Shown piece by piece: positions 1 to 15,215 of a stretch of DNA of 64,000 nt (position 1 is the stretch's first letter; every line of letters begins with the position of its first letter). The position numbers and the translations under genes were made by a program. Origin of the DNA: Bugula neritina (lineage: Eukaryota > Animalia > Bryozoa); the NCBI GenBank assembly GCA_964035545.1, contig OZ037767.1, positions 9,000,581 through 9,064,580 on the forward strand. Reading direction: 5' to 3'. Below the pieces are notes generated by a model that saw nothing but the letters and a program-made list of their open reading frames with translations, searched no databases and was not told the origin of the DNA.

Positions 1-384
1 GAGACGAAACTGGTGCTGATTTGGAAGTAGAGGATGGTTTCTTTAACTGACATACTGTGTTTTTCAAGCCAAACGCAGCTTTGGAACCAACATTCATCCC
101 AGTTGATGGTTTTTTAGGGTTGCTTTTATCGTTTGGTTGCTTCATTGTGCTCACTGTCTGTCCATCAACAATATCAGTGCTAGGCATGATTTTGGGGGGA
201 GACAACTTCATCAGCTGTGATTTAGGCAAGGTATCTGGATTATAGTCTGAGAATTTACTTTCTAGTCCATCTTGTATTATATACTTGGAGATCTGACCTG
301 GGTATGCTTTTGGTCTATTGCCATGCCTAGCATGCAGAAATGGAAGTCTTGACTCTATCTTAGCCATTTTTGTCTTATCCTCAT
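1..384 (-). CDS. Coding exon of an unidentified gene (Ser/Pro/Lys-rich, probably disordered); runs off the left window edge
   Basis: Acceptor ttttgtttag ends at 385. The frame is open to base 1: EDKTKMAKIESRLPFLHARHGNRPKAYPGQISKYIIQDGLESKFSDYNPDTLPKSQLMKLSPPKIMPSTD...SKSAPVSS. The ORF track misses it because no stop falls inside the window. An ATG in good context (AAAATGG) is at 367. Confidence 0.7.
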
Positions 385-1030
385 CTAAACAAAAACAAAT
401 CCAGCATAAATTGACAGGAAACAAGTTGAGATAATGCTGTGGAGAATAGATTAACAAACAAAGGCAACCACTAGCCAGAAAATTATATCACCTCATTACA
501 TGCACACATTAACATCTTCAGAACACTTTATGGTTGTGTTGACTTTTAGAGACTGTTTTGATGAGCAACAGACTGCTGACCTCACCAACTAGGTACCAAT
601 CTGATCAGATGACTCACTCGGTCATTCAACAGGTGCAGTTACTGCAGTCAGGGAAACAGCTATCTGCGCACTGCATAATATGCAGAGACTGTCTTCTGTA
701 CTCGAGCTGTGTCAATGGACAAAGGGACGGAATCCATGACTCATGGCAGAGCACTTGAACTGCGCACTTGGCCAACTGAACAGCATTTTTGGCTGATGTT
801 AGTGACACAATGAGGGTAAAGTTATGCATAACATTAAACACACACAAGAGCAGCTTGTGTTTTAGAGTGTAGATAATGACCCATTGTTTATACATAAAAG
901 AGTTGAGCACTAACTGACTTCAAACTGCTGCTGCAGCATTATGATAAAGCTGAGTAAACTTCCTTCCATTTATATAATAAACTAAGGCCAGTGAGAATAT
1001 TAGTTATCCTTACAGATGATAGTTTTTTGG

Positions 1031-1200
1031 GAGCAGCCGTGGTCTAGGGGTTAGAGCGTTTGCCTAGTAGGCACAAAGTCATGGGTCGAACCTGGATAAA
1101 GGCCATTAGTGATGCTAGAAAGAATATCATGTCACTGTACCTCATCTGAATAAGTCCTTAGCCTGACTCAACAAAAAAACCCTTCTACCCTATAAATTTA
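1031..1200 (+). mobile_element. Degenerate tRNA-derived SINE
   Basis: A-box-like TGGTCTAGGGG and B-box-like GGGTCGAACC at tRNA spacing (1031-1105). No intact cloverleaf. Followed by unrelated body sequence; the 3' end is approximate. Confidence 0.5.
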
Positions 1201-1549
1201 CATGAGTTGTTTTACAGATGATCGTTTTCCTTTTCAAGATAACATTTTATTTCATTACATGGTAAAATATGAATTTTTCTGCAATTAGGGTTAGAAATTT
1301 CAAAAAGTTATGCTACAGCTGTTTATCAGTGGCCAATAATATGACATGATAACAGAAAAGTAGTCTGCATGCATGTAGACTGTCAATTTGATGGCATTTA
1401 GATACATGAACTTACTACAAGGAAAAATGAATGATGTCGTGTCATGAAAATAGTATTTATTACAAATGTATTATAAACATGAGTCATGGTAGTGAGGGAA
1501 ATATATGCAAGACTAGTCACAGATGCTGGTGCACTGGAAAATATGGTGG

Positions 1550-1710
1550 AGAGAGTATGCTATATAGAGAATATGCTATAGAGAGAGTATGCTACAGAGA
1601 GAGTATGCTATAGAGAATATGTTACAGAGGGCGTGTTATATAGATTATGCTATAAAGAGAGTATGCTAGAGAGTATGCTATAGAGGGCATGCTATAGAGA
1701 GTTTGCTATG
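1550..1710. repeat. Degenerate 14-16 bp minisatellite (GAGAGTATGCTATA-like)
   Basis: About 10 tandem variants of tatgctatagagag are visible. Confidence 0.85.
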
Positions 1711-2569
1711 GAATGAGCATGGTGTATAAAAAATTATTCTGAATAAAATCTCAGATAGTTGTCTAGCCTAAAACTGATTTCCATAATGCAAGGAATGTAA
1801 CTGAATGAGTCATAATATAGGCAATGGTTGGTCGAATCCATTCTCCTATTGCTACTGTCATTTGAAAATTGATCCCCTTTTAGGAATTACATTACACCGG
1901 GCTCTTTGATCTGTTTTAAACTTTAATTTCTTTATCTAATCTGATAAGAAGTGTTTTGTTAAATAAAAAAGCCAAGTCTGGTTAAAGTAATAGGATGTAT
2001 TTCACAATAACATAACATGGGAACTGGTTAAAGTTTGGGTCGATTGAAATAAGCCTTATAAGTAAATGTATTCATAATATTAAGTATTATATATACTTCA
2101 TACTTTATTATCTACAATGTAGTAAATGACTGACCAGCCATGCACTGCAGCGTAGATAATGTATTATCAAGTGTTCCATATAAAACAGTCCCCCCCACCC
2201 CCCCCAATAACTACATGGTGTGCAACAAATATCTCAGTGACAGCTTATGAATAAATCTCTTCCTATTTTAGTTGACTTCTTAAATTGAAATTGAAATTCT
2301 TGGAAATAGCAGAAAGACAGCTATTATACAAGAAAAATCACTATCATAGGATATAATCAGCTCATTTATAGCCATTATCGGAACCATTACAACTCCATAA
2401 AAGCAGAATGTAGAATTATGTCTGCCTTGCTTGTGTGAAATTTTTATCATAATTATTTCAAAACCAAAAATCTTCCAATCGTTCAATACAGCTTTAATAA
2501 AAAACTAAAACAATAAAATAATGGTTTCAAGACTGCAGCAATTCGGTTACAAGTTGAGGATAGCCATAC

Positions 2570-2668
2570 TTGCTACAGAAGCTTTTTGTAGTCTCTTTGT
2601 TAAATCTAGAAGCTGATGCAGAGAAAAGTGACTCATAGATACGTCTGCTGAACTAGAAGTAGCGCAGA
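2570..2668 (-). CDS. Probable upstream exon of the left-edge gene
   Basis: 99-nt phase 1-1 exon bounded by cttcgtgtag and gtatgg. It encodes CATSSSADVSMSHFSLHQLLDLTKRLQKASVA and joins the 384 exon in frame. Confidence 0.5.
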
Positions 2669-5600
2669 CTACACGAAGTCACATAACAGAACATTATTAG
2701 TCACGAACCAGGTGAATCTCAGTCATTCACCTCAGAAGGGCAATTCTAGTGGCAGCTATGAGAGTAAGGGGCACCAGCAAACACCTGGTAGTATGGGGCT
2801 GCCGGTGGTGCTTACTCATTATGAGAATGAAAGTGTCAGCAGCTATCGAATTTTGACAAACACAATGGTTGGTTTCATATTTGCACTATCAATTAGTGGG
2901 AACATTGTCAATATGTTTGTAATTGATTCAATAGGAACACCTCATTTGTAGGCCTATTTATTATGCACAATAGTGCATGGCAGATTTCAGTCCTTTCACA
3001 TAGTCATTGTTGTGGACTCATTTATTGAGCATACAGTTGACTGACATGTTTATAGTATATAAATTATAATTATTCTAGAATTTGATTTGGCAATAGTAAA
3101 TAGATTACTTAAAAATATGTCAAGTTTGCCAGGTTTCAAATTCCCTCAACATTATGTCAAGAAATAGTAACAAATATTCTACACTTTAGAGGAACACTTG
3201 AGTTGGAGGCATATTAGACAGTCAAGGAGCCATATTTATGGATGATTACACCTTCATTTCATAGTCTTTGAAACCTGTCTGCATTTCAGAGAATAACTTC
3301 ACGGGTCATGCCAATTAATAATGCATAGGCGTGCCAACCTCATCACATAACCGATGTCAAAGACAATAGTAGGAAATTAGGTGGTCATCAATCAATAACA
3401 ACACTGCAGAACAGAAGGCGTAGACAGTAGCATTCATTGTTTAAAAGTCAATGCCCAAACATAAAACACCAACTACAGGCTGCTACCAGAATGTACAAAG
3501 ATTCCTTTTACGTCGAATGTGAGACGTAGTGGTACATCAAATAAACTAGCTGAAGCAGCACCCAATCCACCAGGAGACAGATAGTTTCCACACTAGACCA
3601 ACATAAGGCATCTTTAAAAAATTAACTAGTCAGAAAAAGTCATAAATAATTAAGAATGGCATATTGTAACGAGTTGAACCAGAAAAGGAAGTAAATTAAC
3701 AAATTAAGATTAGTTTCAGGCCAGAAGTGTCAAAAGAGTTAGCTGGTAGTAATAGATTACTTTGCACAAGTCATGTGACCAATTGCAGCCAGTAAAAGTA
3801 AAAGGAATGCACTCAGTAAGCAGTGAGCAAGAGTTTACAATACTGATTAATTAAATTATTAGCCTCAATGTATGTGTGTTAAAAATATAGCTGGTTAGAT
3901 TTATGATTTCCATGTGGCATACATATTTAATTGGAGCGGAACATTTCCTCTGACAGGTGTTACAGTGACATTGCCAGTTGATATGTAGAGTTCAACATTG
4001 CAACACAAGTGTATAGCCTACGTACAGTTGTCAGCCAAAATACTCTTGAAAAGTGTAATTCCTACTCCAGTAAAAGATAATATATGGGAAAGTATTCCAA
4101 GTGAGAGTAAGACAACTTCGGTAGTTGTGGTTATAATTATTATTTTATCGCCAATGAGTGTTGTATTTCAAAGACAATATTTACACAAAGTCTAATCTGA
4201 TTCAGTATCAAAAATATATAACAAATATTTTGTTCCATGCAGGAAATGCAGGCTTAAATGTATTTTAGATATCAGGTTGTTAGGTTACTGAAACATTGAT
4301 CTGTTTAAACCCTAAATTGAACACAGATTGCCAGTATTGACTGAAACTGGTAGTTAGGTTTATTACAAAACAGTTACCACAAAGCATCTCACTCCCCCCC
4401 CCCTTCAAGTTTTATGAAAAATTGTCTAAATAATTTAGTTTAGTGTTCATTAAATTTGTACTATAATATCTACCAAGACTGATATTTATATATAATCCAG
4501 CCACTAGGACTAATATATGAAATTAATATAAATTATTTATATGAATAAATCTGCTAGCTATAACATGGTGTAGAGCCCTAATAGGAGGGTAGAAACCTCT
4601 CCTATTTGTAACTGCCCTTGTGAATTTGGCAAAAAATTAACCATCTAATTTTTGAACTACAAACCATTTGTCAGGAGCCAGGAAAAAGTTGAATAACATT
4701 GCAACATTCAACAGCCGTTTCCAGTTTTTTTTTAAATAATCGCAGGAAAAAATGCCACGTTAATTTATATCCTCAAAAATAGAAACCAAATGAATTTCTA
4801 TGCTGTGAAAGTGTTGAGTCACTAAGTGAACATATCGATAAATGCAAGTAAAGCATGAGAAGTTAATGCATATTGGAATGACTCAAGATAGAGTTAACCT
4901 GTAAAATAATGAATCTATATTTGGTTGCCTGAATAATGAGTCTATAACTATAATATAGTATTACAATACTACTCCAGGGGCTACTATAGACAATGCAACA
5001 GCTACTTCAACAATGCATCAGCTTGTTTAATCACCAAATCACTTTGAACTGTAACACATTTTGACAGAAAACACACTTGGAAGTTGTAAATGTTTATACT
5101 AAGGCAGCCATATTTCTAATTTTTTGGCAGTCTTGCATTTCTTGAGACTTGCATAATAAGTGAGTAGTGCTTAGTAGTGTATAGTTATAACACGTGTTCT
5201 GACAGATATGTAGTTAGAGGTGAACCTGGGGTTTACCAGGTGAGCCACATTCTACCACACAGTACAGTATCAACCATAGTAAGCACTCATCAATGCCGAG
5301 ATATTATCACAGAATGGTAATTAACAGACCTCAAACAATATTATAAGCTGATATACCAGGCATTTAATCCTTGTAGTCTAGAGTGAGAACGCCCATAGCC
5401 TTATTGTAGCCTTCTGTAACACTTGCAACAGAAGGTTTGGCGGCGTGGGGTTGCAGAGGTAACAGGCAGCATGGATGATAGCTTTAGGTGCCTAATCTGA
5501 AGTCATCGAGCCACAATTAATAGATAAAATGCCTATAAATTGGTAATAACTATCTACAATTTTATTAACCCAGAGGCTATACTATATACTGTACATGCAC

Positions 5601-6478
5601 CCAACTTGCTGTAAAAATAAAATTAATTATTAAAATAGAAATGTAGATTCAAATGATTACTCTATTAATATCTATAACTAAGCATTTTCTTGGTCTTCAA
5701 CATGGCACATGCTTCAACCTGTGTGAAATAAAGGAAGTCTGTCCAAACAAGACCAGAGTTGAGTAAAATATAACCTTATCAGCTTGAACACCAACATATT
5801 TGGCTGAGAGAAAGACTATAAAATGCATACAGTTCCTATCGAACAGAGCTCACCAGGAAATAAAAAGGACTTTCTTATTGCAACACAACACATAGCTCAA
5901 ACGCAAAGTTATACATAAAGAGTTGAAAATGATGTAACAGTTGCATGCCAACTACAGATGCACAGTGTATTGTTGTCTTCTAATACTACTATCATATCAC
6001 TCAGAGCTTAGATAGGAATTGCGACTCTATGCTCAATTACATTAACATATTATGTTGATTGTCATTCAATTTTAAACTCTACATTAACATAATAGCTATT
6101 AGTATTAGTATTGCTGTGATAATGGTTTTACTAGAGACATCTAATTTACAAATTGAAATTGTTGGTGGAATCAAAAAGGAAAATGCAACAGGCCTACACA
6201 TAAATGTAACAACTAACAGGCACTGTACTGCAATGTACTGAATTCATAGTAGAAACTCATGAGTCATAACTCACCCCCTAACCCAAGCAACCCCTTTAGT
6301 ATCTTACCTCATCGTTAGCAAATAATCTTTTAATTCATTTGAGTAAGTTTAATTTCAAGTTTTATTGCTAAAGCTTACTAAACCCTAAGGCCTAAACCCT
6401 AAGGGCTAAGGTTGAACTTAAACTTAATGGCTAATAAGTAATACTAAGTAATTAATAAACTATATAAACCAAACTCAC

Positions 6479-6730
6479 CAAAGATAGTAACGTCAATGTG
6501 TAATTGGTATCCAAACTTTATTATAGTATACCAACATCCAATACGTTTAAATAGTTTCACAAAGTTTATCCAAAATTGTCAAGTCCTACGAGTTGGATAG
6601 CGACAGTGTGCATTGAATGAACGCGGACTGCTAAAGGCATACACGTGTGCAATGTACCAACTATTCGTTGATTGGTCGAGCCCCTACCGTCATTACTCAT
6701 TACACGCTTGAATAACTCAACATGGCAACG
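6479..6730 (-). promoter_or_regulatory. Candidate promoter and first non-coding exon of the left-edge gene
   Basis: Strong minus-strand donor TTTG|gtgagt at 6479/6478. Upstream are an E-box palindrome ACACGTGT (6641-6648), a CCAAT box (ATTGG, 6671-6675) and an RFX half-site CATGGCAAC (6721-6729), with locally raised CpG. Confidence 0.4.
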
Positions 6731-7689
6731 AAGCTATTGTCATACTGCCATATCATAGACACTACTTGATAATCTAACTGTTCTATGGTCGCCGATAATT
6801 AAAATAGCTGCTTCCTTGTCTAATAGACAAATTAATATATTACACTGATTTAAATAAGTGGCAGCTTTGCTATTAAATTTGGTTTACAATTAAATTAATA
6901 TCATTGCACTACAAATAAGACCAATGATATTAAGTATCCACTACAGATAGCAGCATAAGTTAATTATAGCAGTTTGCAGCAGTGCTAGTTTAGTTTGCCT
7001 GCCTGAACTGGGGCTTACAGCTGTGATTCAGCAGTTTGAAACCCGACTGCAATTATAATTATATATCCGGCACCTTCTATTGCTACCCAATTAATTATTT
7101 GAGTTCAGGTTTAAATTATGTCTAAATTAAACAACCTGCACAGTATCTTAATAATAAATACTATAATCAACCAGAGGCCAGGTAATTAAAGGTAGGAGAC
7201 TGCAAAGGAGCTAGCATAGTGCCAGCTAGTGTGACCAGTGTGAGCAGGTGAGTGCTAATACCTGTCACTGTCTTACGTAACCTACTTTCTTTTGACACTA
7301 TCTGCTTCAGGGTACATCAGTTGCCAGCGGTCCTTCACAATTTCCTGGTAAGACGTCAGTCAACATGGCTCTTAGCCAACAGCAGTCCAGGTATGTGTTT
7401 ACTTCCAAAAGGTATTTAAATTTATCGTTAGTAAAACTTAGTAATACCACACTTTGTTACAGAAAATCTTGTATAGCCTAAGTTTTTTGTTTTTCTGGTT
7501 TACTGCAAAGTATTCTATAAGCTCAATTATACAGCCTCAAAATTCCTAATGCATTTAAGGCATGGTGTGCGGGTCCCCTCCTTAATAACTAAATGCTCAT
7601 GAAGAAACAGGTAGACTGAGGAGTTGAGCCTTCTTCCTGCAGCTTCATATAATACACTATAAATCATTTATAGCTGCCAAATCCAATAT

Positions 7690-7840
7690 ATATTATAATT
7701 ACTATATTATAATAATTATAGTAAATCATAATATACTCCATTCTAATACAGTATAATACTATAATATACTATATTATAATATACTATATTATAATATAGT
7801 ATATTATAATATAGAATACTATAATATAGTATATTATAAT
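7690..7840. repeat. AT-rich 5-mer microsatellite (ATAAT/ATACT/ATATT)
   Basis: Direct inspection. Confidence 0.85.
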
Positions 7841-8800
7841 GCCAATCTGAAGATATATTATGGTATATGGCCAGACTCAAGATAAAAAGCACTGTTAAGT
7901 TATAATTAATTAATATATAATTTACATACAGTTGCTTTGGCATTAGATTTATATGGGTATTATAATTTTATTATCTTGAATCCTGTTTTTTTGAGTAAAC
8001 AGCTATGAGAGGGTGTAACTGTAATAACCCAGACAGAGTTAGATATCTTGCATGTATACCATGGAACACAGCATTTAGCTGACTGGCTCCTTTGTATTTC
8101 TGTGCTATTGACATTTGTTGACATCAAGTAATTACTTTTGATGAGGGATAACTGCAATATTTAGTGTTTGCAACTACAAAGACTATTTTAAAACTCATCA
8201 ACTCCTCCACTCACTGCTCTGAGATGCATTCACTGCTAGAAGTACCTTTTATTCTGACTAATTACTTGTAGTACCTCAGGTATGCTCAATGTTCTTATGA
8301 TAAGCCAAAGAGCCATAAATATTGTATCAGGTGAAGCACATCTATAGTAAAATGGGTTATTTGTGGAGTAATGCAGGATTTATTGTTGTTCCACTCTGTT
8401 ATGTGAAATAAACTGTTATCCATGAGTAAAAATGTTATTAGTTCCTGTGTATGTATTTAGCAGAATGATTAAATTCACAACTTTTAGTGCTGTTTGTAAG
8501 TAATTAGGCCCAGTGTTACTTCACCAAAACATTTAACTGAATGCTTTCCCATTTCTTTTGGAGTATTTACATATTTGCTCATATAAATAAAATATTTAAA
8601 TAGGTAGCTACTCAATTCCAACTTTAGCTTCAGATTGCTTTGTAAAATCTTCAATGCAGGTTTCCTAGAGTTGGGAATAGTTCACAGAAATATTGTGGGT
8701 TACTTTAGTTTGCTACATATGATATTCAAATGCATTTAAGTCATTGAATTTTAAAGATGCAACAATTCTTATTATATGAAAATAATGTGTGTGCTGTGCG

Positions 8801-9193
<393 letters not shown>

Positions 9194-10069
9194 GCATCAA
9201 TCAAGTTTATAATGAGCAACGTGGCTATTTTAATATAATAATTATGCTGTAATGCCAAAGGTCATTGTATATAAACTTATTCTACTAAAGTCTAAACACT
9301 AAAACTGGTTTTTAAATATGTCATCAGCTAGTGTAGGTCTTTTCTTTAGAATTATGATTACTATAAACACTACAGAACCTTTACAGAAGCATCAACACAT
9401 ACTTTGCTTTAGCTATGAAAAGCTATAGTCACATTGAGTGTTGTGGGTTAAATAATAGTGCTAGTTAGAACAAGGGTGTTGCTGAATAAGTATATAGTTT
9501 CATTGGTTTTTATAACAGTATTTGAGTGAAGATGCATTAAATTCTACTTAATAGTTGTACTTTATCACACACAGATAGCTTTCTATACTGTTATATTTTC
9601 TAGTGCAGAGCCCTTTTTTAATACAAAAGCTGTTGGAAGATATAATTATATATACTGATAATACTTCCTACTTTCATATTAAATTATCAGAATGGCTGAA
9701 CAGCAATCCTTACTAATCTAGCAGTTGTTTGAAGAAGCAATCAGACTGTTAGTTAGTACAGCATTTACCTTTAATCTGTCGGTTGATGCAGAAACAAGGG
9801 CTTGAATATTTTTTATCAGAAGAAAAAATGCACACTCCATAAAAATATGTTGAATACTTTAAATATTGGCAAATAAATCGTTGAGGCGGTTTTAGTGATT
9901 AATGATGGATATCTGACAGAAGTTACGTAACAAAAAGCTAAGCACACTGCAAGCAGCTGCTCTGCATGAAAAATATGGTAAACCTATTTCTTAACCTCAA
10001 AATGCATTCAAAACAAAAGAATGATTAATGGATGTGTGTGAAGATATCTCTTGAAAGCAGCTTGTAAAC

Positions 10070-10310
10070 GTGTAACCTGTGGTATTGACTTGTGACATGT
10101 GCTAGTGAGTTGTGACGCTGTGATATAATACTGTGACATAATGCAGTGACATGGGCTATGATGATACAGTGATATGTGTGACCTGTGATATAATGCAGTG
10201 ATATGTAACTTAGCTATGATATGATACCACTATGTGTGACCTGTGACATGATACAGTGACCTTTGACATGTTACGTGATGCCATGGCATATGATATGTGA
10301 TGTGTGCAAG
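10070..10310. repeat. Degenerate TGTGA/GTGAC 5-mer-based repeat
   Basis: Recurrent tgtgac/gtgat/atatg units. Confidence 0.7.
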
Positions 10311-12754
10311 CTGTACGATAGTAAACTCTGTCCAGAAACAAGAATTTAAAATATTAACTAGTAAGCATTTCATTAATCTATAGTTCAGTGAACTCTTCAA
10401 ATAATCATTTTGTCAGCAACACATGGCATATTTAAATATTATTTATAGAATCAGTCAGACCATTATAATGACTTAAACATCTTAAGTTAAGTTATAAACA
10501 GGATCATCATTAAAATATGGTTTCACCCAAGTATATGATTATTTAGATGCATCATATGTTAAGTAAGCTAAATAGTTCAATTAAATATATGTCTTTATAA
10601 TAATATAATAAGAAAAATTCTGGTGTTCATAATAATTACTGGTTGGACTATAAAAACGATTATAACAGCTCCATTGTATATATAATTATAATATTTGCAG
10701 TTTTTGTATCAAGTAATGTAGAAACATTTATTAAATAGTCAACATTAAAATGGTTTTAAATTAGTGATACTTACCTATTTTATAAAAAAGTTTCACATGT
10801 GAATGGTATGAAGAAATAATTGATGAAGTGATTGCATTTAATGACTAAAGGTGAACACTGACAGGTTGGCATGTGCGTTCATTGGTGTGCACAGCCATTA
10901 CGCATTTAACTTCTTATAATTCAGCCATCAATAGCTGCTTGTTAAGCTACTGCCAAGATATTGACACTTCATAAAAATGACAGAGCTTTGTTTTTACAGC
11001 TAATGAGTTAGAAACTCGTGAGGAATTTTGAAAACAGTTGCTAGATGTACTTTCCCACCATTTCGTTGTAGTCAATGGAGATAGTTGGCCATAACTTAGT
11101 CATAGCTCTACACACAAATAGTTTTGGTAAATTTTTGGCACAAATATCCATCCATGTATCAAGGTAAAAGTGATTAGCTATTAATGTCATCATAATTATT
11201 ATAAATGAGTTCTAGCTTGTTAGTCAACATATTAGTTGAGTTCATCAGTTGAACCAGAGAAATAAGTTTTATCACCTGGCTCTCTTCACAACAACAAGCT
11301 ACTAACTCCAACCAAAATACCGTCCAAAAATATTAGCTGAAGCAAGAAGTTTTATAATAATAACATTGAATTTGAGCTTTTATTGGCCAGTGTTGCTAAT
11401 GTGATGGAAATAAATTTTGCTGTTAACTTGTTATAAAAAGAGAATTTTATGTAGAAGGTAAGGGAAAAGGTATTGGTGTATTGAGCTCAATTCTATTTAT
11501 ATAAGAGCTCTTTTAGTTTCCCATACACCTGTTCAATTTTCATTTCCACACCATATACAAGAAAATAGGATCACTTTTTTCTAATTGCTGCACACTTTCA
11601 GGCACCAGCTAGCATTATGTGTGCCCTGCCTCAAGGAGCACAGGCTACAGTTATTGTATAGCAACACCATCTACTTGCTAAATTATGTCACAACAAATCC
11701 AAACTATAATCCCATTCTCAAAACGTGTACTAACAGTAATCATAAGGATATGTGGCTACTGGGTGTTTTGAGATTATCCAGTAATAATTGCCGGTGTGAG
11801 GTTTAGTGAATATCTAGCAGATAGACATACAATGTTATATACTTTCTTGCAAATGCTAGATTATATAAACCTTTTAAACTGTGAAAGTTTAAACATTCAA
11901 ATGTTCAGTGTATATAATGTATACATTCGTCATGTTTTAATATTATTAAAATTTTATTAAGTATAGTATAGCCTACACACAATTTCCACCCTTTGTAGTA
12001 TCACAATTCTATACCTGTACAGCCAGAACTATGCTGCTATATAGTTACATACAGCTGTATATGCCGCTTTGGTAGTCTTACTACATAATTTACTCTGCAA
12101 CAGACAACTTCATTCCGTTGATGCATCCACAACTACATGATTTATGGATTTCAGGTATTTTCTGACGATAACAACTTTGAGTTAACAGAAATTATACATG
12201 CTAATAAATAATAAAGAAATGACTGAAATAAGCTACAATTTATGGTGGAATTAGTATTGTAGAGCACACGAAGACTAATGGTGTAATATTTTAATATATT
12301 TATTATATGCATCAAGTATGAGCCCGAAGGAATGCCAGAGCTAAGAGTGAGTTGCGACATTCCTTCAACCCCACTGGCTAATTATCTATTCCAAATTCGA
12401 ACAAGTCCACGTCAAACTTGCATAATTTATTCCAACTCTTCTTACAGAGCTGTCCAGCCTTGCATATTGCAACCATACTTTATCTTTCATACTTTTAGGG
12501 TTAATTGTAACAGTCAGTTCATCTAGCAAACTATGTGAGTCCGGCGGAATTTGAATGATTCCAACTGACACTAATTTCTCATCTGTGAGTCTTAAAATCA
12601 TGCAGCAGGTCAACTCAAATGCCCAAGTGAATGTTTACTTATACACATAATACTCGCATATGGTATAACATCTATGCACACTATACGCTATATTATACCC
12701 TTTTTTCTTAATGGATATTGTACTAGTATATAAACTACATCTTATATAGACCTA

Positions 12755-13000
12755 CACTATACACTACATACTATAGATACTATGCACTACATACTATAGA
12801 TACTATACACTACATACTATAGATACTACACACTACATACTATAGATACTATACACTACATACTATAGATACTACACACTACATACTATAGATACTACAC
12901 ACTACATACTATAGATACTATACACTACATACTATAGATACTATACACTACATACTATAGATACTATACACTACATACTATAGATACTACACACTATATA
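12755..13000. repeat. 23-bp minisatellite ACACTACATACTATAGATACTA(T/C), about 10 copies
   Basis: Near-perfect tandem copies. Confidence 0.95.
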
Positions 13001-15121
13001 AGAGATACACTATATACACGATACACTAAATTTACCATACATTATATACTATATAGTATCTACTCTTTTCTCCTAACGTATTTAATAATTCTATAATACT
13101 AGTAGGCTACTATATACATTATACACTATGTACTATATACACGATACACTAAATATACTTTACACTATACACTATTATATACTCTCCTATTTATATAGTA
13201 CTGTGGTATACTAAAATACTTGCTCTGCTAGAGTTATTTTATTAATAATTGTAGCAAAGTGTGTTGACAACCTACTCAGTAAGAACTCACAATTTTTATC
13301 TCAAATTCCATAACATGACACTCTCATATATAGAGGTTGAAAACTTCATCCAAGAGTATAATGTAAGTGCTGTATTTTATATATAGAAATACTATAAGTG
13401 TAGATGCCATGAGACTGATTAAGGAGTTTAGTGGACTCGGGTACTCCCCTCCCCCCCCCCCCCATATCAGTGACTGAAGAGTGTAGCAGGGAAGCCTATA
13501 ATACTTATATTGAAATATTGTAGGGCAGTATGATTACATTAATCTATATCGCATAGTATATACAGTAGTGTTTTCTGTAGGCCTACTGTAGACTTATTAC
13601 CAACGGTTTGGTATTTATAATTTACATTGAAAGAAAATACACAATATAAAATAGCAAAGAGAGATAACTCCTAAGATGAACTACGTCCTATAACTCATAA
13701 TATGTTACTAGAAAAGTCCAACACTCTTCATTTAGCTGATGTAGGATGCTAAAAATATTTTAAAAAAGTTCTATTATAAATATTGGGTATTCAACTTAAT
13801 TAAATTCTATTACTGTATCAACATAAAATGCCTGCACCACAAAATAGTTGTGCGCTTAACTTTAAACTTATGAATGCAAAAATACAAAATATATTTTGCT
13901 TTAGAAGCCAAATATAATATTATAGTGATCTACAGTTTTATTGGTTTATAAACTAAAAAACATGCATAAGTGATGAGGCATTGTTGGAAATATCTTAATC
14001 AAAGTCCATTGAGATAAGAGTTTCTTATACAGAAGCTTAATATATATTTTTTGCCAGTTTAATTGCAAGACTGAATCATCACATAATCTCTTTATGGGAA
14101 GTCATATTCAGGAAATCTTCTGGAATAGCTGCTCCACTGCAAGTCAATTCAACATTTGGAGTGTCTTTTAGAAAAAAAAATACAAAAACTGTTTTTAATA
14201 CAGTGAGAGTAAGTTTATGCAAATTCTTAAACCACTACTTTTTATACAAGCAGATTAAACAATAATTATATTAACTGAGACAATAAAACGCAATGCACTC
14301 AGTGAGCCTGTTCGCATTATATGCTGCTACCTACATACTGGCGGAACTAAGCCAATAATTATAACACAAAATGACTCTTGTTAGGAGACTGTCATAGCAG
14401 GAGTGCCAGCATGAAGTTGTTAAACTCTAGACATGAGTGTGTTGCAGGTTTATGTATGAATGTTGATGGCCCAGCCTAAACTTCATTAGTTACAATGAAG
14501 TGAGCAAGTACAATACAATCAATTTCATTCATAACTTCAGAGCATTCTTTGACTTTTGTTTATCCAAATGACCATACTGCACTTATGCAATTCATTTGAC
14601 ATTTGACAATGTTTAAAAATAGGCATCTGAAGTAGTCAAAATGAATGGATTGAACTGCATGAAGGATGAAGTTGCAGAACTAATTAGTTTATTGTTGCAC
14701 TTTTGATAACGGATTTAGAGAACAATTCCATTATTTTTGAAAACCAGTTTTTATAAGACGCAAACAACATATTTTTAAGGCTCATGTACTCGTTTTGATG
14801 TTACATTGGTTATTTTAAACATTTTTATAATAATTTCATTATAGTTAGGCATGTTATTGAACACTTGCAGTCAGTCAAGGTTGAGTCTTATATAAAATTA
14901 TACAAATAAATTGGAGAAAAAATGTCATGTTGTGTTTTTATTAAAATCAGATAAATTTGCATCTTATATAACCTATTATTGAAATGATTAAATAAAAGTA
15001 ATGTTTCACTCCTTATACGTATAGTATACTGTAATTTTTAAACACTCATGAAATTTATAGTTATTTCAAAAAATGTTATTGCTCATATGCTATGCCAATA
15101 TATCTGTCTAGTTCTTTAATT

Positions 15122-15215
15122 ACACACACACACACACACGCACACGCACACACGCACGCGCACACGCACACACACACACGCACACGCGCACACGCACACA
15201 CACACGCACACACAC
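15122..15215. repeat. (CA)n/(CACG)n microsatellite
   Basis: Direct inspection. Confidence 0.95.

Noticed and set aside
6380-6410. AAACCCT telomere-like motifs
   Set aside because: Only two interrupted copies; not an interstitial telomeric array.
12386-12613. 75-aa minus-strand ORF as an exon of the left-edge gene
   Set aside because: A phase-compatible donor exists, but there is no recognisable motif or clear acceptor; unsupported without transcript data.
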